DNA of 64,000 nt from Planctomycetota bacterium (GCA_965223505.1 CBDCWP010000011.1:1-64000), one strand, 5' to 3'. Numbered from the stretch's first letter, positions 16,924 through 27,388 are shown. The notes: generated by a model not told the origin, from the sequence alone. Made by a program: numbers and translations.

Positions 16924-17901
16924 GTGACCGGCTCGACGACGGACAGCGACGAACCGCTCGAGATCCGCGGACAGATCATCGCGCGCGGAACGAAGGCGCA
17001 GATCGATCTCCCGATGGGCCGCCTCGTGACCCAGCAGATGCTGAGTCTCCCGCTCATGGCGGTCCACGGCGCGGAGCCGGGGCCGTGCGTCTGGTTGACG
17101 GCAGCGATTCACGGCGACGAGATCCACGGCACCGAGGTCATTCGCCACGTGCTCAAGAAGATCACGCCGGAAGTGCTACGGGGAACCCTGCTCGCGGTTC
17201 CGGTCGTGAACGTATGGGGGTTCGTCCAGCAGTCGCGCTACCTCCCGGACCGACGCGACCTGAACCGTTCGTTTCCGGGATCGCCGCGCGGCAGCTTGGC
17301 GTCGCAGATCGCGCACCTGTTGATGACGGAGATCGTCGCGCGCTGTGACGCGGGGATCGATCTGCACGCGGGTTCGGACCACCGGACCAACCTCCCTCAG
17401 GCGCGCGGTGATCTCGACGATCCGAAGGTCGCCGCGATGTGCGAGGCGTTCGGCGCGCCGGCCACGATTCACGCCGGCTTGCGGAAGGGCTCCTTTCGAG
17501 AAGCCGCTGCCAACGTGGGCGTCCCGTGCTTGCTCTACGAGGCGGGGGAGCCGCACCGATTCGACGACGAAGCCGTTCGTTGCGGTCGCATCGGCGTGCT
17601 GCGCGTCCTGCGCCACCTGGGCATGATCGACAAGGCGCCGAAGGGGCACGCGACGCGGGTCGCCCGCAGCTCGCACTGGCTGCGCGCGACGCGCTCCGGC
17701 ATCGTGCATCTGCGCGTGGCGCTGGGGGACGAGGTCGCCGCCGACCAGACGGTCGGGGTCATTCGCGATCCGTACGGCGACATCGCCGCCCGCATCCGGT
17801 CCCGCACGCCGGGTCTCGTGATCGGGCACGGACTGAGCCCGCTCGTGAACCGGGGCGACGCCGTCGTCCACGTCGCCGATGTGGAGCCGGATCCGTCCTA
17901 G
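16924..17901 (+). CDS. succinylglutamate desuccinylase/aspartoacylase family (M14) protein
   Basis: AAIHGDE, RDLNRSFPG, IDLH, LYEAGE; C-terminal biotinyl-like domain; GTG start after AGGGAG. Confidence 0.92.
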   Translation: MTGSTTDSDEPLEIRGQIIARGTKAQIDLPMGRLVTQQMLSLPLMAVHGAEPGPCVWLTAAIHGDEIHGTEVIRHVLKKITPEVLRGTLLAVPVVNVWGFVQQSRYLPDRRDLNRSFPGSPRGSLASQIAHLLMTEIVARCDAGIDLHAGSDHRTNLPQARGDLDDPKVAAMCEAFGAPATIHAGLRKGSFREAAANVGVPCLLYEAGEPHRFDDEAVRCGRIGVLRVLRHLGMIDKAPKGHATRVARSSHWLRATRSGIVHLRVALGDEVAADQTVGVIRDPYGDIAARIRSRTPGLVIGHGLSPLVNRGDAVVHVADVEPDPS

Positions 17902-18071
17902 GCTCTGTTGCGAATCTGCCGCTGCTGCGCCCGACGATCCTCTTGCTGCGCCGGCCCGAGCTCGGAACCTCGCCCTCGACGGGCACCGAGCCCGCCCGCC
18001 GCGCGAACGGCTCGTTCCGGCGCTCGCATCGGTCTCCCCGGGTTCGCGACGCGGCATTTCCAAACAGTGCC
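17901..18071. mobile_element. MITE-like non-coding element with imperfect terminal inverted repeats
   Basis: Left GGCTCTGTTGCGAATCTGCCGC (17901-17922) versus reverse complement of the right end GGCACTGTTTGGAAATGCCGC (18051-18071); abuts a TAG stop. Confidence 0.55.
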
Positions 18072-18152
18072 CAGGTCCGTCCAAGGGTCCTCACCAATCC
18101 GCGTCGGCGCACCCCCGTCGCGCTATCCTGCCGCCGAGGATCCCCCTCCGAC

Positions 18153-21100
18153 ATGGTGTCCATGCGCGCAGGCCCGCGAGTTGCGTTCATTGCGAGACGA
18201 TCGGCGTTCATCGGCGCCCTCGTGTGCGCCGCCGTGCTCGCGCGCACCGCGGTCGCCGAAGATCCCTGGGACGTAGAGAGCCCGGACCCCACCGCCGTCT
18301 CGGCTGCGCTGGAGCAGACGCAGGCGGACATCGCCGCGTTGGGGGAGCCCGCGGACGACTCGGCCCGGGTGCGGCGCGACGCGCTTCTGCGCCGGGTCGC
18401 CTTGCTGACCGAGCTCAGCGGCCTGATCCAACCCCGCGACGCGCGCGAGACGTCGGCGCAGATCGAGGCCAGGGCCGCTCAGGCGCGCGAGGAGATCGAC
18501 ACGCTGTTGCGGCGTCCGGTCGATCTCACCACCGTGACGGCGCGCACGACGGCGGAGCTCACGGCGTTCGACGAGGCGCTGAAGGCCGCGCAGACCACGT
18601 TGCAGGCGGCGCAGCAGGCGCTGTCGAAGGCGCGTGACGATCGCGCGCGGCTCGAGCGCTCGCTGCAGGTGACGCTGCCGGAACGGGGCACGGCCGCCCA
18701 GGCCGAGCTCACGGCCGAACTCTCCGCGGCCGCGCTTCCGCATCAGGCGTTGCTGCGGGGCAACGCCCGCCTGGAGCAGCGCATCGTCGCGCTTCGATCG
18801 TCGGCGGCGAACGCGGAGCTCGAGCTCGCGCGCGCGCGCATCCCGCTCGCGCAAGCCGAGGTCGACCTGAGCCGCATGCGCTACGAGCGCGCGCAGATCC
18901 GGTTCGTGCATGCCTCCACCCAGGTGCGCGCCGAGCTGACGACCGTCGCCGGGCAGGAGCGACGCGAGGCGGAGGAGGCGGGCGCGGCCGCGGAGCGCGA
19001 GAAGGACCCCGTGCGCAGGTTGCGTCGCCGCCTGCGCGCCGAGCGCGACCTGGTGCGCGCCTACACGCGCGGCGATGCGGCGATGGAGGCCGGGCTCGAT
19101 GCGCGCACCCAGGCAGCCAGCGAGGCGAAGGAGGCGGCCCAGCGCGAGCAGCGGCGCATCGCCGAGCGCCTCGAGTCCGGCGAGCGAGACGATCTCGCCG
19201 GCCAGCTGCTCGAAGTGCGGCGTCGCGTACGTAGTCAGCTGGACATGATCGTCGGAAGTCGTTTGCCGGAGATCGACCGCGAGATCCGGTCGGTGCAAGT
19301 GCAGCGTAGCTCGACGCTGGAACGCCTCTGGCAGCTCGACGTCCCCGACGACGAGAACGACGAGCTCGGCCGTTTCGTGGAGATGATTCGCGCAGAGGCC
19401 CCTGGTCGCGAAGCGGAGGCGCGCATCGTGTTCGGGTTGACGGTGCGCGGACAGGACGGACTCATCGAGGCCCTGCGGGCCCGCATCGCCGTTCTCGACG
19501 GCAACCTGCAGCGACTGGAAACGCTGCGCGCGAACATGACCGACCGTGTCGAAGCGCTCCGGGAGCTGAGCAACTTCGTGCTGTCGCGCTTGGTCTGGGT
19601 GCGCAGCGACGTGGTGCTCTCGCCGTCGGTCGCGACCGACGCCGCGTCGGAGATCGGCCGCATGGGGGCGATCGTGACCGGGCCGGAGCTCGGCGGACGT
19701 ACGAGCGCGTGGTTCGGGGAAGCGCCCGTGCCGCACGTCACGCTCAGCCTGCTGCTGCTCGCCGGGTTCGTCGGGCTCGTGCTCTCGACGCGCACGCTGC
19801 GCAAGCCCGTGCCGCACCCGCGGCCCGGGAAGAAGACGTTGCCCGCGATTCGCTCGACGTGGAGAGCGGCGTGGCGCTCCGCGCTGCTGCCGGGCTATCT
19901 CGTCGTCGCCGTTCTGATCTTGCGTGCCGTCGGTGCACCGCGCGTCGCGGGCGGGGTTTGGGGCGAGGCGTTGCTGTGCGCCGCCGCGCTCTGGTTCACC
20001 GCGCGCTTCAGCTCGCGGATGTTCCGTCCCGACGGGGTGGCGGTCGGCGAATTCGCCATGCAGCCCGACCTGGCGGACGCGCTGCGCAAGGCGCTGCGGT
20101 TGTTGCTCGGCTCGGCGCTGGTGCTCGCGCTGCCGGCTTGGGTGCTCTCGAGTGCGCCCTTCTCGTTCGTCAGCCTCCCCCGGCTCTTCCACACGCTGTT
20201 CGCGCTGAGCGTCGTCGTCGCGCTCGTGCGGTTGCTTCGGCCCTCGGGCCCGTTCCTACGGATCCTGGGCGAACGCGCGCCGTTCTGGCGCACGGTGGGC
20301 AGGCTCTTCGCGCCGCTCGCGATCGCCGCGCTCGTCGGGATCGCCTTCATGGAGATCCTCGGGTACCGGATCGGCGCCCGGATCTTCTTGAACGGCGCGC
20401 TGCAGACGGCCGCTTTCCTGTTGCTGCTCCTCGGACTGCACCAGGTCCTCAAGCGGCTCATCGGCGCGCTCGCCGAGCGTGTCCGGAAGCGGGCCGCCAT
20501 GGAGAGCGGACGCGAGCAGGCGAAGGCCATGAGCGAGACCGTCGTCTCCCAGCTCAGCCAGGTCGCGCTCGTGCTCGTGGTGATCGCGGCGGTGTTCCTG
20601 CTCGGCGATGTCTGGAACGTCGATTCGTCGATCGCGTCGCTCTTCGCGGACATCGAGCTCGCGACCGTCAGTGACGGGACCGTGCTCACGCTCTGGAACG
20701 TGCTCTGCGCCCTGGCGTTCGTCGTCTTCGCGCACTTCGCGAGCCGCAATCTGGGCGCCGTGCTCGACGCCGTGGTGTTCCCCGCGGTCGGTGCGAGCGA
20801 TGCGGGCACGCGCTACGTCACGCTGGCGCTGTTGCGCTACGCGATCCTGCTCTTCGGGTACGGCGCCGCCCTGATCACCCTGCACTTCAGCTTCGAGAGC
20901 ATCGGCTGGGCGCTCGCCGCGATCTCGTTCGGCCTCGGATTCGGCATGCAGGAGATCGTCGCGAACTTCGTGAGCGGACTCATTCTGCTGCTCGAGCGGC
21001 CGATTCGCGTCGGCGACGTCATCTCGGTCGGCGAGACCGGCGGCGTCGTCGAACAGATCAAGGTGCGCAGCACCGTCGTCACCAACTGGGACCGCCAACA

Positions 21101-21512
21101 GATCATCGTCCCCAACAAGGCCTTCATCACGGCCAACGTCACCAACTGGACCCGCAACGACCTCATCGTTCGGCGCAAGATCAACGTCGGCGTCGCCTAC
21201 GGGTCCGACGTGGAGAAGGTGCTGGAGATCCTCACTCGCGTCGTCAACGCGGAGCCGGGTGTGCGCAAGGAGCCGGCGCCGCGCGTGCTCTTCCAGGGCT
21301 TCGGCGAGTCCAGTCTCGACTTCGAGGTGTGGCTGTTCGCGATCTACGACCAGGGTCTCGACATCCGCAGCCGTCTGCACCGCAAGATCGACCAGGAGCT
21401 GCGCGACGCCGGCATCACGATTCCCTTCCCGCAGCGCGACGTGCACCTGCGCGACCTGCGCGGCGCGTCCGAGACCGACGCGCAAGGGTTGGACGCGCCG
21501 GACGTCGAGTAG
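18153..21512 (+). CDS. large MscS-family mechanosensitive channel (MscK/KefA-like)
   Basis: Signal peptide, long coiled-coil periplasmic region, multiple TMs, GLGFGMQEIVANFVSGLILLLERPIRVGD, IPFPQRDVHL. Confidence 0.92.
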   Translation: MVSMRAGPRVAFIARRSAFIGALVCAAVLARTAVAEDPWDVESPDPTAVSAALEQTQADIAALGEPADDSARVRRDALLRRVALLTELSGLIQPRDARETSAQIEARAAQAREEIDTLLRRPVDLTTVTARTTAELTAFDEALKAAQTTLQAAQQALSKARDDRARLERSLQVTLPERGTAAQAELTAELSAAALPHQALLRGNARLEQRIVALRSSAANAELELARARIPLAQAEVDLSRMRYERAQIRFVHASTQVRAELTTVAGQERREAEEAGAAAEREKDPVRRLRRRLRAERDLVRAYTRGDAAMEAGLDARTQAASEAKEAAQREQRRIAERLESGERDDLAGQLLEVRRRVRSQLDMIVGSRLPEIDREIRSVQVQRSSTLERLWQLDVPDDENDELGRFVEMIRAEAPGREAEARIVFGLTVRGQDGLIEALRARIAVLDGNLQRLETLRANMTDRVEALRELSNFVLSRLVWVRSDVVLSPSVATDAASEIGRMGAIVTGPELGGRTSAWFGEAPVPHVTLSLLLLAGFVGLVLSTRTLRKPVPHPRPGKKTLPAIRSTWRAAWRSALLPGYLVVAVLILRAVGAPRVAGGVWGEALLCAAALWFTARFSSRMFRPDGVAVGEFAMQPDLADALRKALRLLLGSALVLALPAWVLSSAPFSFVSLPRLFHTLFALSVVVALVRLLRPSGPFLRILGERAPFWRTVGRLFAPLAIAALVGIAFMEILGYRIGARIFLNGALQTAAFLLLLLGLHQVLKRLIGALAERVRKRAAMESGREQAKAMSETVVSQLSQVALVLVVIAAVFLLGDVWNVDSSIASLFADIELATVSDGTVLTLWNVLCALAFVVFAHFASRNLGAVLDAVVFPAVGASDAGTRYVTLALLRYAILLFGYGAALITLHFSFESIGWALAAISFGLGFGMQEIVANFVSGLILLLERPIRVGDVISVGETGGVVEQIKVRSTVVTNWDRQQIIVPNKAFITANVTNWTRNDLIVRRKINVGVAYGSDVEKVLEILTRVVNAEPGVRKEPAPRVLFQGFGESSLDFEVWLFAIYDQGLDIRSRLHRKIDQELRDAGITIPFPQRDVHLRDLRGASETDAQGLDAPDVE

Positions 21513-21582
21513 CGCCGCTCCGCGCGCAGCACCCGCCATGTAGCCGACGCGCCGACGAAACTGCAGGTGAGTCGAGCCTCCG

Positions 21583-22893
21583 CTACACCAGATGTGCCCG
21601 GAAGATCACCGCGAACCCGAGGAACGCGAAGAATCCGACGATGTCCGTCACCGTCGTCAACACGATGCTCGACGACTGTGCCGGATCGAGCCCGAGCCGT
21701 TTCATCGCGATCGGAATCGACGCGCCGGCCAACCCCGCGCACGTCAGGTTCACGATCATGCCCAGTCCGATCACCAGGCCCAACCAGGCGTTGCCCATCC
21801 AGGTCCAGGCGACCATCGCGGTCACCAAGCCGGTGACCGTTCCGTTGAGCACGCCGAGAACGCCCTCCTTCGTGATGAGCTTCCCCACGCGGTCGCGCGG
21901 GATCTCCCGCATGACGAGGCCCCGCATGACGATGGCCAGCGACTGGGCGCCGGCGTTGCCGCCCTGCCCGGCGACGACCGGCAGGAAGATCGCGAGCGCG
22001 GTGACCTTGGCGATGATGCCTTCGAACAACGCGACGACGGCCGCCGCACCGAATGCCGTGACGAGGTTTACCTGCAGCCACGGCAGCCGCTTGCGCAGTG
22101 AAAAGCGCAGCGGCGAGAAGGAGCGCTCCTCCGCGCCGACACCGACCATCTTCTGGATGTCGGCGGCGACGTCGTTCTTCACCCCGGCCAGGAGTTGTTC
22201 CGCCTTGACGACGCCGAGCAGCTCGCCCTGGGCGTCCACGACGGGCGCGGCGAAGTAACGGCGCTTTCCGAGCTCGTCTGCCGCTGCCTGCTGATCCATG
22301 AACGGCTCGAGCGTGAAGACGTCTCTCTTCGCCAGCCCCTCGATTTTCTCGGTCGAGACCGCAAGTAGCAGGTCGTACGTGCTGATGACGCCGAACAGTC
22401 GGTGTTGCTCGTCGACGACGTATGCGTAGCTGTGCTGGTAGCGCTCGGGCGCTCCCTTGCGCAGCTTCGCCACGACCTGGCGCACGGTCAGGTCCTTGTT
22501 GAACGCGGCGTAGTTGGCCGAGAGGACCTGGCCGACGCTGCCTTCCGGGTAGGTGAGCAGCTCCGGCAGACGCGCGCGCACCTTGTCGGGCAGGTGCGGC
22601 ACGAACCGCTCGCGCGTTTCGCTGGAGAGTCGCGTGTAGAGCTGTGCGGCGCGATCGGGCTGCATCTCGCGTGTGACCGCCTCGAAGAGCTCGGGCGATC
22701 CCGTGTTCAAGAGGGTGGCCGCGTACCCGACCTGCAGGTGTTTGAACGCCTTCGCCGTAACCGTCGGTGGCAGCACTTGCAGGCTCTGGATGATGTCCTC
22801 TTCGGGCATCGTCTCGAGCATGCGCGCGGCCGACTCGGGATCCGACTCGACGTACTTGCGAACGAGGGGGACGAGCGGGTTGTCTTTCGCCAT
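21583..22893 (-). CDS. mgtE: magnesium transporter MgtE
   Basis: N-domain, CBS pair, RLPWL, PVVAGQGGNAGAQ, LDPAQSS, TTVTDIVGF. Confidence 0.95.
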   Translation of the reverse strand: MAKDNPLVPLVRKYVESDPESAARMLETMPEEDIIQSLQVLPPTVTAKAFKHLQVGYAATLLNTGSPELFEAVTREMQPDRAAQLYTRLSSETRERFVPHLPDKVRARLPELLTYPEGSVGQVLSANYAAFNKDLTVRQVVAKLRKGAPERYQHSYAYVVDEQHRLFGVISTYDLLLAVSTEKIEGLAKRDVFTLEPFMDQQAAADELGKRRYFAAPVVDAQGELLGVVKAEQLLAGVKNDVAADIQKMVGVGAEERSFSPLRFSLRKRLPWLQVNLVTAFGAAAVVALFEGIIAKVTALAIFLPVVAGQGGNAGAQSLAIVMRGLVMREIPRDRVGKLITKEGVLGVLNGTVTGLVTAMVAWTWMGNAWLGLVIGLGMIVNLTCAGLAGASIPIAMKRLGLDPAQSSSIVLTTVTDIVGFFAFLGFAVIFRAHLV

Positions 22894-22954
22894 GCCGTTA
22901 TTTCAAGGCAGCCGGCGTGTTCGCGCCAAGTACCAGAAGGCCAAAACGGCGGGC

Positions 22955-23371
22955 CTACTCGTCTGGCGGCTCGACGAATCCCCCCAAGTAGCCCTTCACG
23001 TTCTGCAGCGCCTCGTCATCCTCGCCGAACTGCGTCGCGAGGATGGCTTCGAGCTCGCCCTGGTCGAACCAAAGTCCGTGGTCGAAAGGGCAGGCATCGA
23101 GGATGATGCGCTCGTCGGGCCCCGGCGCCGCGACCTGCCACATCTTGGCGTTGCAGCGAGGGCAGCGGCGCTTCTTCACGCCGCGCGGGTGCTTCATGCG
23201 TTCGAGACGCTTCTCGAGGTCGTGCAGCTCCGCGGGCACGCCGGTTACCTCGAACAGCTGGCGCAGCTCGTCGGTGTCGAACCAGAGCCCGTGGCCGTCG
23301 GCGCACATGTCGAGCTCGACGTGCTCGACCTCGACGATGATCAGCGGTTCACGGCCGATCGGACAGAGCAT
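22955..23371 (-). CDS. tandem zf-TFIIB-like zinc-ribbon protein
   Basis: Two repeats of CP..(C)...LD.C...HGLWFD..EL; SD GGAGG before ATG 23371. Confidence 0.8.
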   Translation of the reverse strand: MLCPIGREPLIIVEVEHVELDMCADGHGLWFDTDELRQLFEVTGVPAELHDLEKRLERMKHPRGVKKRRCPRCNAKMWQVAAPGPDERIILDACPFDHGLWFDQGELEAILATQFGEDDEALQNVKGYLGGFVEPPDE

Positions 23372-23486
23372 GCGGCAGCCTCCCGAGGGGCTCGACAGGA
23401 TACGCGGCGGCCTCGGGCCTGGACGAATCCCGCAAGTCCTCGGCCTCTTGGTGTCGTCCGCCTCCACCCCCGTAGAATCGGATGTC

Positions 23487-26400
23487 ATGCGCACTTTTCT
23501 CACCGTCCTCGGCGTAATGACGGTCATCGCGGTCGCCTGTCTTCCGGCGGTTGCGGACGATGACGACGCGAAGCGACCCACCATCAGCGTCGGTGGAGAG
23601 GCGCGCAACGCCGACGAGCTCGCCGACCTGAAGGAGAAGCTGGACGAGGAATTGGAGGCCGCGGACAAGATCGCGGACGAGCAGGCGCGCGCCGCCGCGC
23701 GCGAGCCGCTTGTCGCCCTGATCGACGCACTGGGCAACGCGGTCGCGCTCATGCGCAAGGTCGAGGGCGCGCCGGCGCGCGCTCAGAAGCTCTCGGCCGA
23801 GCTCGCGAAGGAGAAGCAGCAGCTCTCGGCGCTGCAGGCGCAGGCGGCGAAGCCCGTCGAGTTCCAAGCGGCGGAGGTCGACGAGGCGCTGATCAACAAG
23901 CTCGACGCCGCCAACACCAAGGCGGCAACCGAGGAGAGCACCGCAACGGACGCCATGGCCAAGGCCGACGAGGCGCTCGACAAGGTCAAGAGCGACTTCG
24001 AGGCCCTTGCGCAGAAGAAGGAGCGGCTCAAGACGGACCAGCAGCGCCTCGGCGAGCAGCTGAAGGGCATCGCGGAAGGCGAGATTCAGCGGCGGCGCAA
24101 CCTGGAACACCGCATCGAGGCCAATCAGGTCAGGCAGGGCATCATCGACCTCGAGCAGGCGCATCACACGGCGCTTCGCGAGCTGGCGACGCTGGAGCGC
24201 GACCTCGCACAGGTGCGTGCCCAGGCGGCGCGCGCGAAGAAGGAACGGGCCGAAGCCGAGCTCGCCGCCGCGCGCAAGATCTACGAGTCCAAGCTGGCGG
24301 ACCAAGCGGCGCGCAAGGCCAAGGAGGCCGAGGAGAAGCTGCGCAAGGCGATCGACGCGTCGGTGGCGAAGAAGGCCATCTTGCGGCTCGAGGCCTTGAT
24401 CGCCCGCATGGAGGGCGAGGAACGCGAGGAGCACGCGCTCGAGTCCGAGCTCAGCTCCACGCGCGTGGACCTGGAGAACTTCCTCAAGCTGCTCGAGGCC
24501 CGCTTCGAGTCGGTCCGGCTGCTGTACCCCGAGGATGCCGAGCTCGAGCCGTGGCAGCAGGAGGGAATGGCGGAGCAGCTGCGTCAGCTCGAGGAAGACG
24601 AGGCGGAGCTCGAGCGCGTCAAGCAGGCGCGCAACCCGGATCTGAACGCAACCTTGGCCGCCGCCGTGACGAAGCGCGGGCGGCTGGACATCTTCGACAA
24701 CGCCCTCACCAACGCGCGCGACAAGATCGAGGGCGCCGACGATGCCACGTCGCGCGCGGCCGCCATTCAACGTGAGCTCAAGTCCAGTCGCGACGAGAAC
24801 TACAGCCTGTGGCTCCAGGCCCGCCTCGACTTCCTGGAGGGACAAAGCGACGACAGCCTCGGCAAGGACGCGCTCGCGATGCTGCGCAAGGACTGGCGCG
24901 AGAACACGGTCGAGCTGGAACGCATCATCAAGGAGCGGCTCGACGATCTGGAGAAGGTCCAATCGCATGCCAAGGCGCTTCGCGAGACCTACGCCAGCCT
25001 CGAGCAGAGTCTCAACGACCGGCGTGCCTATCTGGAGACGCTGACGTTCTGGCTGCGCGGAACGCCCCTGTTTGCATCGGAACACCTCCAGGGCGCGCGT
25101 GAGGAACTCGGGCAGATCGTGGATCGCCTGAAGGGCATGCCGGGCCACATCGAGTCCGTGACCGACGAGATCGCGTCCGGCGGTGAATCCGACCATCGCC
25201 GTGTCGTCGCCCTGGGCATGTTCGTGCTGCTGGCTTCGTTCGCCGGACTCGTGATCTCCCGGCGCATCCGGCGCTCACCGCTGATCCAGAAGCCGATCGC
25301 GCAGCTGGACGGCGGCGAGCGGCTGCTCCGCGGCCTCGGCTTCATCGTGCGCAAGTTGTTCCTGCCCGCGGCCTTGCTCGGCGCGGCCATCTACGCCCGC
25401 AACGTCGTGCTCGACGGCGACGTGCTCGGCACGGTCTTCGTCGGCGTGGCCTTGGTCTGGTTCGGCTGGCGTCTGGCGCGCGGCACCAACGCGGGACTCT
25501 TCCAGGTGGACGAGAACGGCGTCTGCTGCGCCGGCTGCGATGCCGCGACGGCGAAGCGTGCGCGCCGGTGCGTCATGCTGGTGCTTCTGCTCTCGGCGGT
25601 GTGCGCCGCGCTGGCCCTCGTTCTCCACGACGCCGGGCTGGAGCGGCTGGCCCGGTTCGTCAGGTTCGTCTGGGGCGTCGTCGCCGTCCTCATAGCGTTC
25701 TGGCTCGTCTGGCGCCGCGACGTGCTGACCGCGTTGGTTCCGTCCCTCGGGGGCGGCCTGGCGGGCCGCACGTTGACCGCGATGCTGCAGCTCATCTGGC
25801 CCCTCGCCGCGCTCTTCCTCGCGGGCGTCCTGGTCATGAGCGCGTTGGGGTACAGCACGGCCGCGCGCTTCTACGGAACGCGCGCGCTCCTGTGCGCCGC
25901 GGCGCTCGTGGTGATCGGCGTTCTGCACAGCGCCCTGGACGCGATGTTCGCGCGGCGACTCAAGGGGGACGACGAAGAGCCCGTCGGCGCCTACGACGCG
26001 ACGCGCGAGCGGCGCCGGTTGACCGCGCGGTTCCTCAGCTCGCTGAACACGCTCGTGACGATCGCGGTGATCGTGTTCGCGATCAGCTTGATCTTCGATC
26101 TCACCTGGCAGAACTGGGTCGACTTCGGCAACTTCGGGTTGTTCGCCGGACTGACCGTCGGAAAGCTGGCGCAGGGCATCCTGATCTTCGGCCTCAGTGT
26201 CGGCTGCGCGCGTTTCCTCCGCGACCTCATGCGCATCGTGCTGCGTTCGCGCAGCGGGCTCCAGAAGGGCTCCCGCTACGCCGTGCGCACGCTGATGTTC
26301 TATACGATCGTCACGCTCGGCACGCTGGCGGCGCTGTCCGCGCTGGGCGTGGAGCTGTCGCAGCTCGGTTGGTTCCTGACCGCGGCAGGTGTCGGCATCG

Positions 26401-26996
26401 GCTTCGGCCTCCAGGAGATCATCTCCAACTTCATCTCGGGCCTGATCCTGTTCATGGAACGACCGGTGCAGGTCGGCGACGTCGTCACGGTCGGCGACGT
26501 CCAGGGCGACGTCCAGCAGATCAACATCCGCTCGACCGTCGTGCGGACGCGGGACGGTGTCTCGATCATCGTGCCCAACAAGAGTCTGATCACCAGCGAG
26601 GTCATCAACTGGTCTCATGGGGAACAGCGCACGCGGTTGACGCTCAACTTCGGCGCCGCGTACGGGAGCGACGTCCAGAAGGTCAAGGCGCTGCTCGTCC
26701 AGGCCGCCGAGGAAGACGAGCGCGTCATGAAGTATCCGAAGCCGGAGGTGGAGTTCGCGGCCTTCGGCGAGAGCGAGCTGCAGTTCGTGCTGTACGTGTG
26801 GCTGCCGACGCCGGAGATCACGGCGCGCCGGCGCGTGCGCTCGAACGTGAACAGCCGCGTCGACGAGCTGTTCGCCGAGAACGGCGTCGAGATCCCGTTC
26901 CCGCAACGCGACCTGCATCTGCGAAGCTCGGACATCGGATCGCTGCAGGAGGAGCCCGGCAAGGAACCGGACGACGAGGTCCCGAGCTCGTTCTAG
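23487..26996 (+). CDS. second large MscS-family mechanosensitive channel (MscK/KefA-like)
   Basis: Signal peptide, coiled coils, TMs, GIGFGLQEIISNFISGLILFMERPVQVGD, IPFPQRDLHL. Confidence 0.92.
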   Translation: MRTFLTVLGVMTVIAVACLPAVADDDDAKRPTISVGGEARNADELADLKEKLDEELEAADKIADEQARAAAREPLVALIDALGNAVALMRKVEGAPARAQKLSAELAKEKQQLSALQAQAAKPVEFQAAEVDEALINKLDAANTKAATEESTATDAMAKADEALDKVKSDFEALAQKKERLKTDQQRLGEQLKGIAEGEIQRRRNLEHRIEANQVRQGIIDLEQAHHTALRELATLERDLAQVRAQAARAKKERAEAELAAARKIYESKLADQAARKAKEAEEKLRKAIDASVAKKAILRLEALIARMEGEEREEHALESELSSTRVDLENFLKLLEARFESVRLLYPEDAELEPWQQEGMAEQLRQLEEDEAELERVKQARNPDLNATLAAAVTKRGRLDIFDNALTNARDKIEGADDATSRAAAIQRELKSSRDENYSLWLQARLDFLEGQSDDSLGKDALAMLRKDWRENTVELERIIKERLDDLEKVQSHAKALRETYASLEQSLNDRRAYLETLTFWLRGTPLFASEHLQGAREELGQIVDRLKGMPGHIESVTDEIASGGESDHRRVVALGMFVLLASFAGLVISRRIRRSPLIQKPIAQLDGGERLLRGLGFIVRKLFLPAALLGAAIYARNVVLDGDVLGTVFVGVALVWFGWRLARGTNAGLFQVDENGVCCAGCDAATAKRARRCVMLVLLLSAVCAALALVLHDAGLERLARFVRFVWGVVAVLIAFWLVWRRDVLTALVPSLGGGLAGRTLTAMLQLIWPLAALFLAGVLVMSALGYSTAARFYGTRALLCAAALVVIGVLHSALDAMFARRLKGDDEEPVGAYDATRERRRLTARFLSSLNTLVTIAVIVFAISLIFDLTWQNWVDFGNFGLFAGLTVGKLAQGILIFGLSVGCARFLRDLMRIVLRSRSGLQKGSRYAVRTLMFYTIVTLGTLAALSALGVELSQLGWFLTAAGVGIGFGLQEIISNFISGLILFMERPVQVGDVVTVGDVQGDVQQINIRSTVVRTRDGVSIIVPNKSLITSEVINWSHGEQRTRLTLNFGAAYGSDVQKVKALLVQAAEEDERVMKYPKPEVEFAAFGESELQFVLYVWLPTPEITARRRVRSNVNSRVDELFAENGVEIPFPQRDLHLRSSDIGSLQEEPGKEPDDEVPSSF

Positions 26997-27057
26997 AGCT
27001 GGAGAGCGCTCGGGACAGCTGAAGCGCCAAAACGGCGCGGCCCTCGCCGGGGCGGAC

Positions 27058-27327
27058 CTACGCCTGCGTTGCGAACCAGATCGTCGGTTCGCCTGCGACA
27101 CCGGCCTCGCCCATGACTTGCTTGAGCCGATCCGACGACGCGAAGGCCTGCGCCGACTCCAGCGAGTCGAAGTCGTGCCAGGCCGTGACGTCGTTCGGGT
27201 TGTCGGCGGCTTGGAAGACCGCGTCGCCTCGAACGCCCATGCCCTTGCGCTCCGCGTCGAACGCGTCATAGGCCTGCTTCCAGACGGAGAAGTCGGACAC
27301 ATCGTGACGTACGAAGAGACGGACCAT
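27058..27327 (-). CDS. small dimeric alpha-beta barrel ('cyclase'/ABM-like) protein
   Basis: VRHDVSDFSVWKQAYD...LKQVMGEAGVAGEP pattern; SD AGGAGG. Confidence 0.7.
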   Translation of the reverse strand: MVRLFVRHDVSDFSVWKQAYDAFDAERKGMGVRGDAVFQAADNPNDVTAWHDFDSLESAQAFASSDRLKQVMGEAGVAGEPTIWFATQA

Positions 27328-27388
27328 GGTTGTCCTCCTGGCATCGTCGGCGGGAGCGACATTCTAGCGGGTCGAGTACGGTAGCGCG

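Noticed and set aside
17439..18152. N-terminal extensions of ORF-track calls (also 23043, 38750-40765, 41094, 58733 and others)
   Set aside because: They overlap neighbouring genes or repeats; downstream starts give proper signal peptides with SD or -10 motifs
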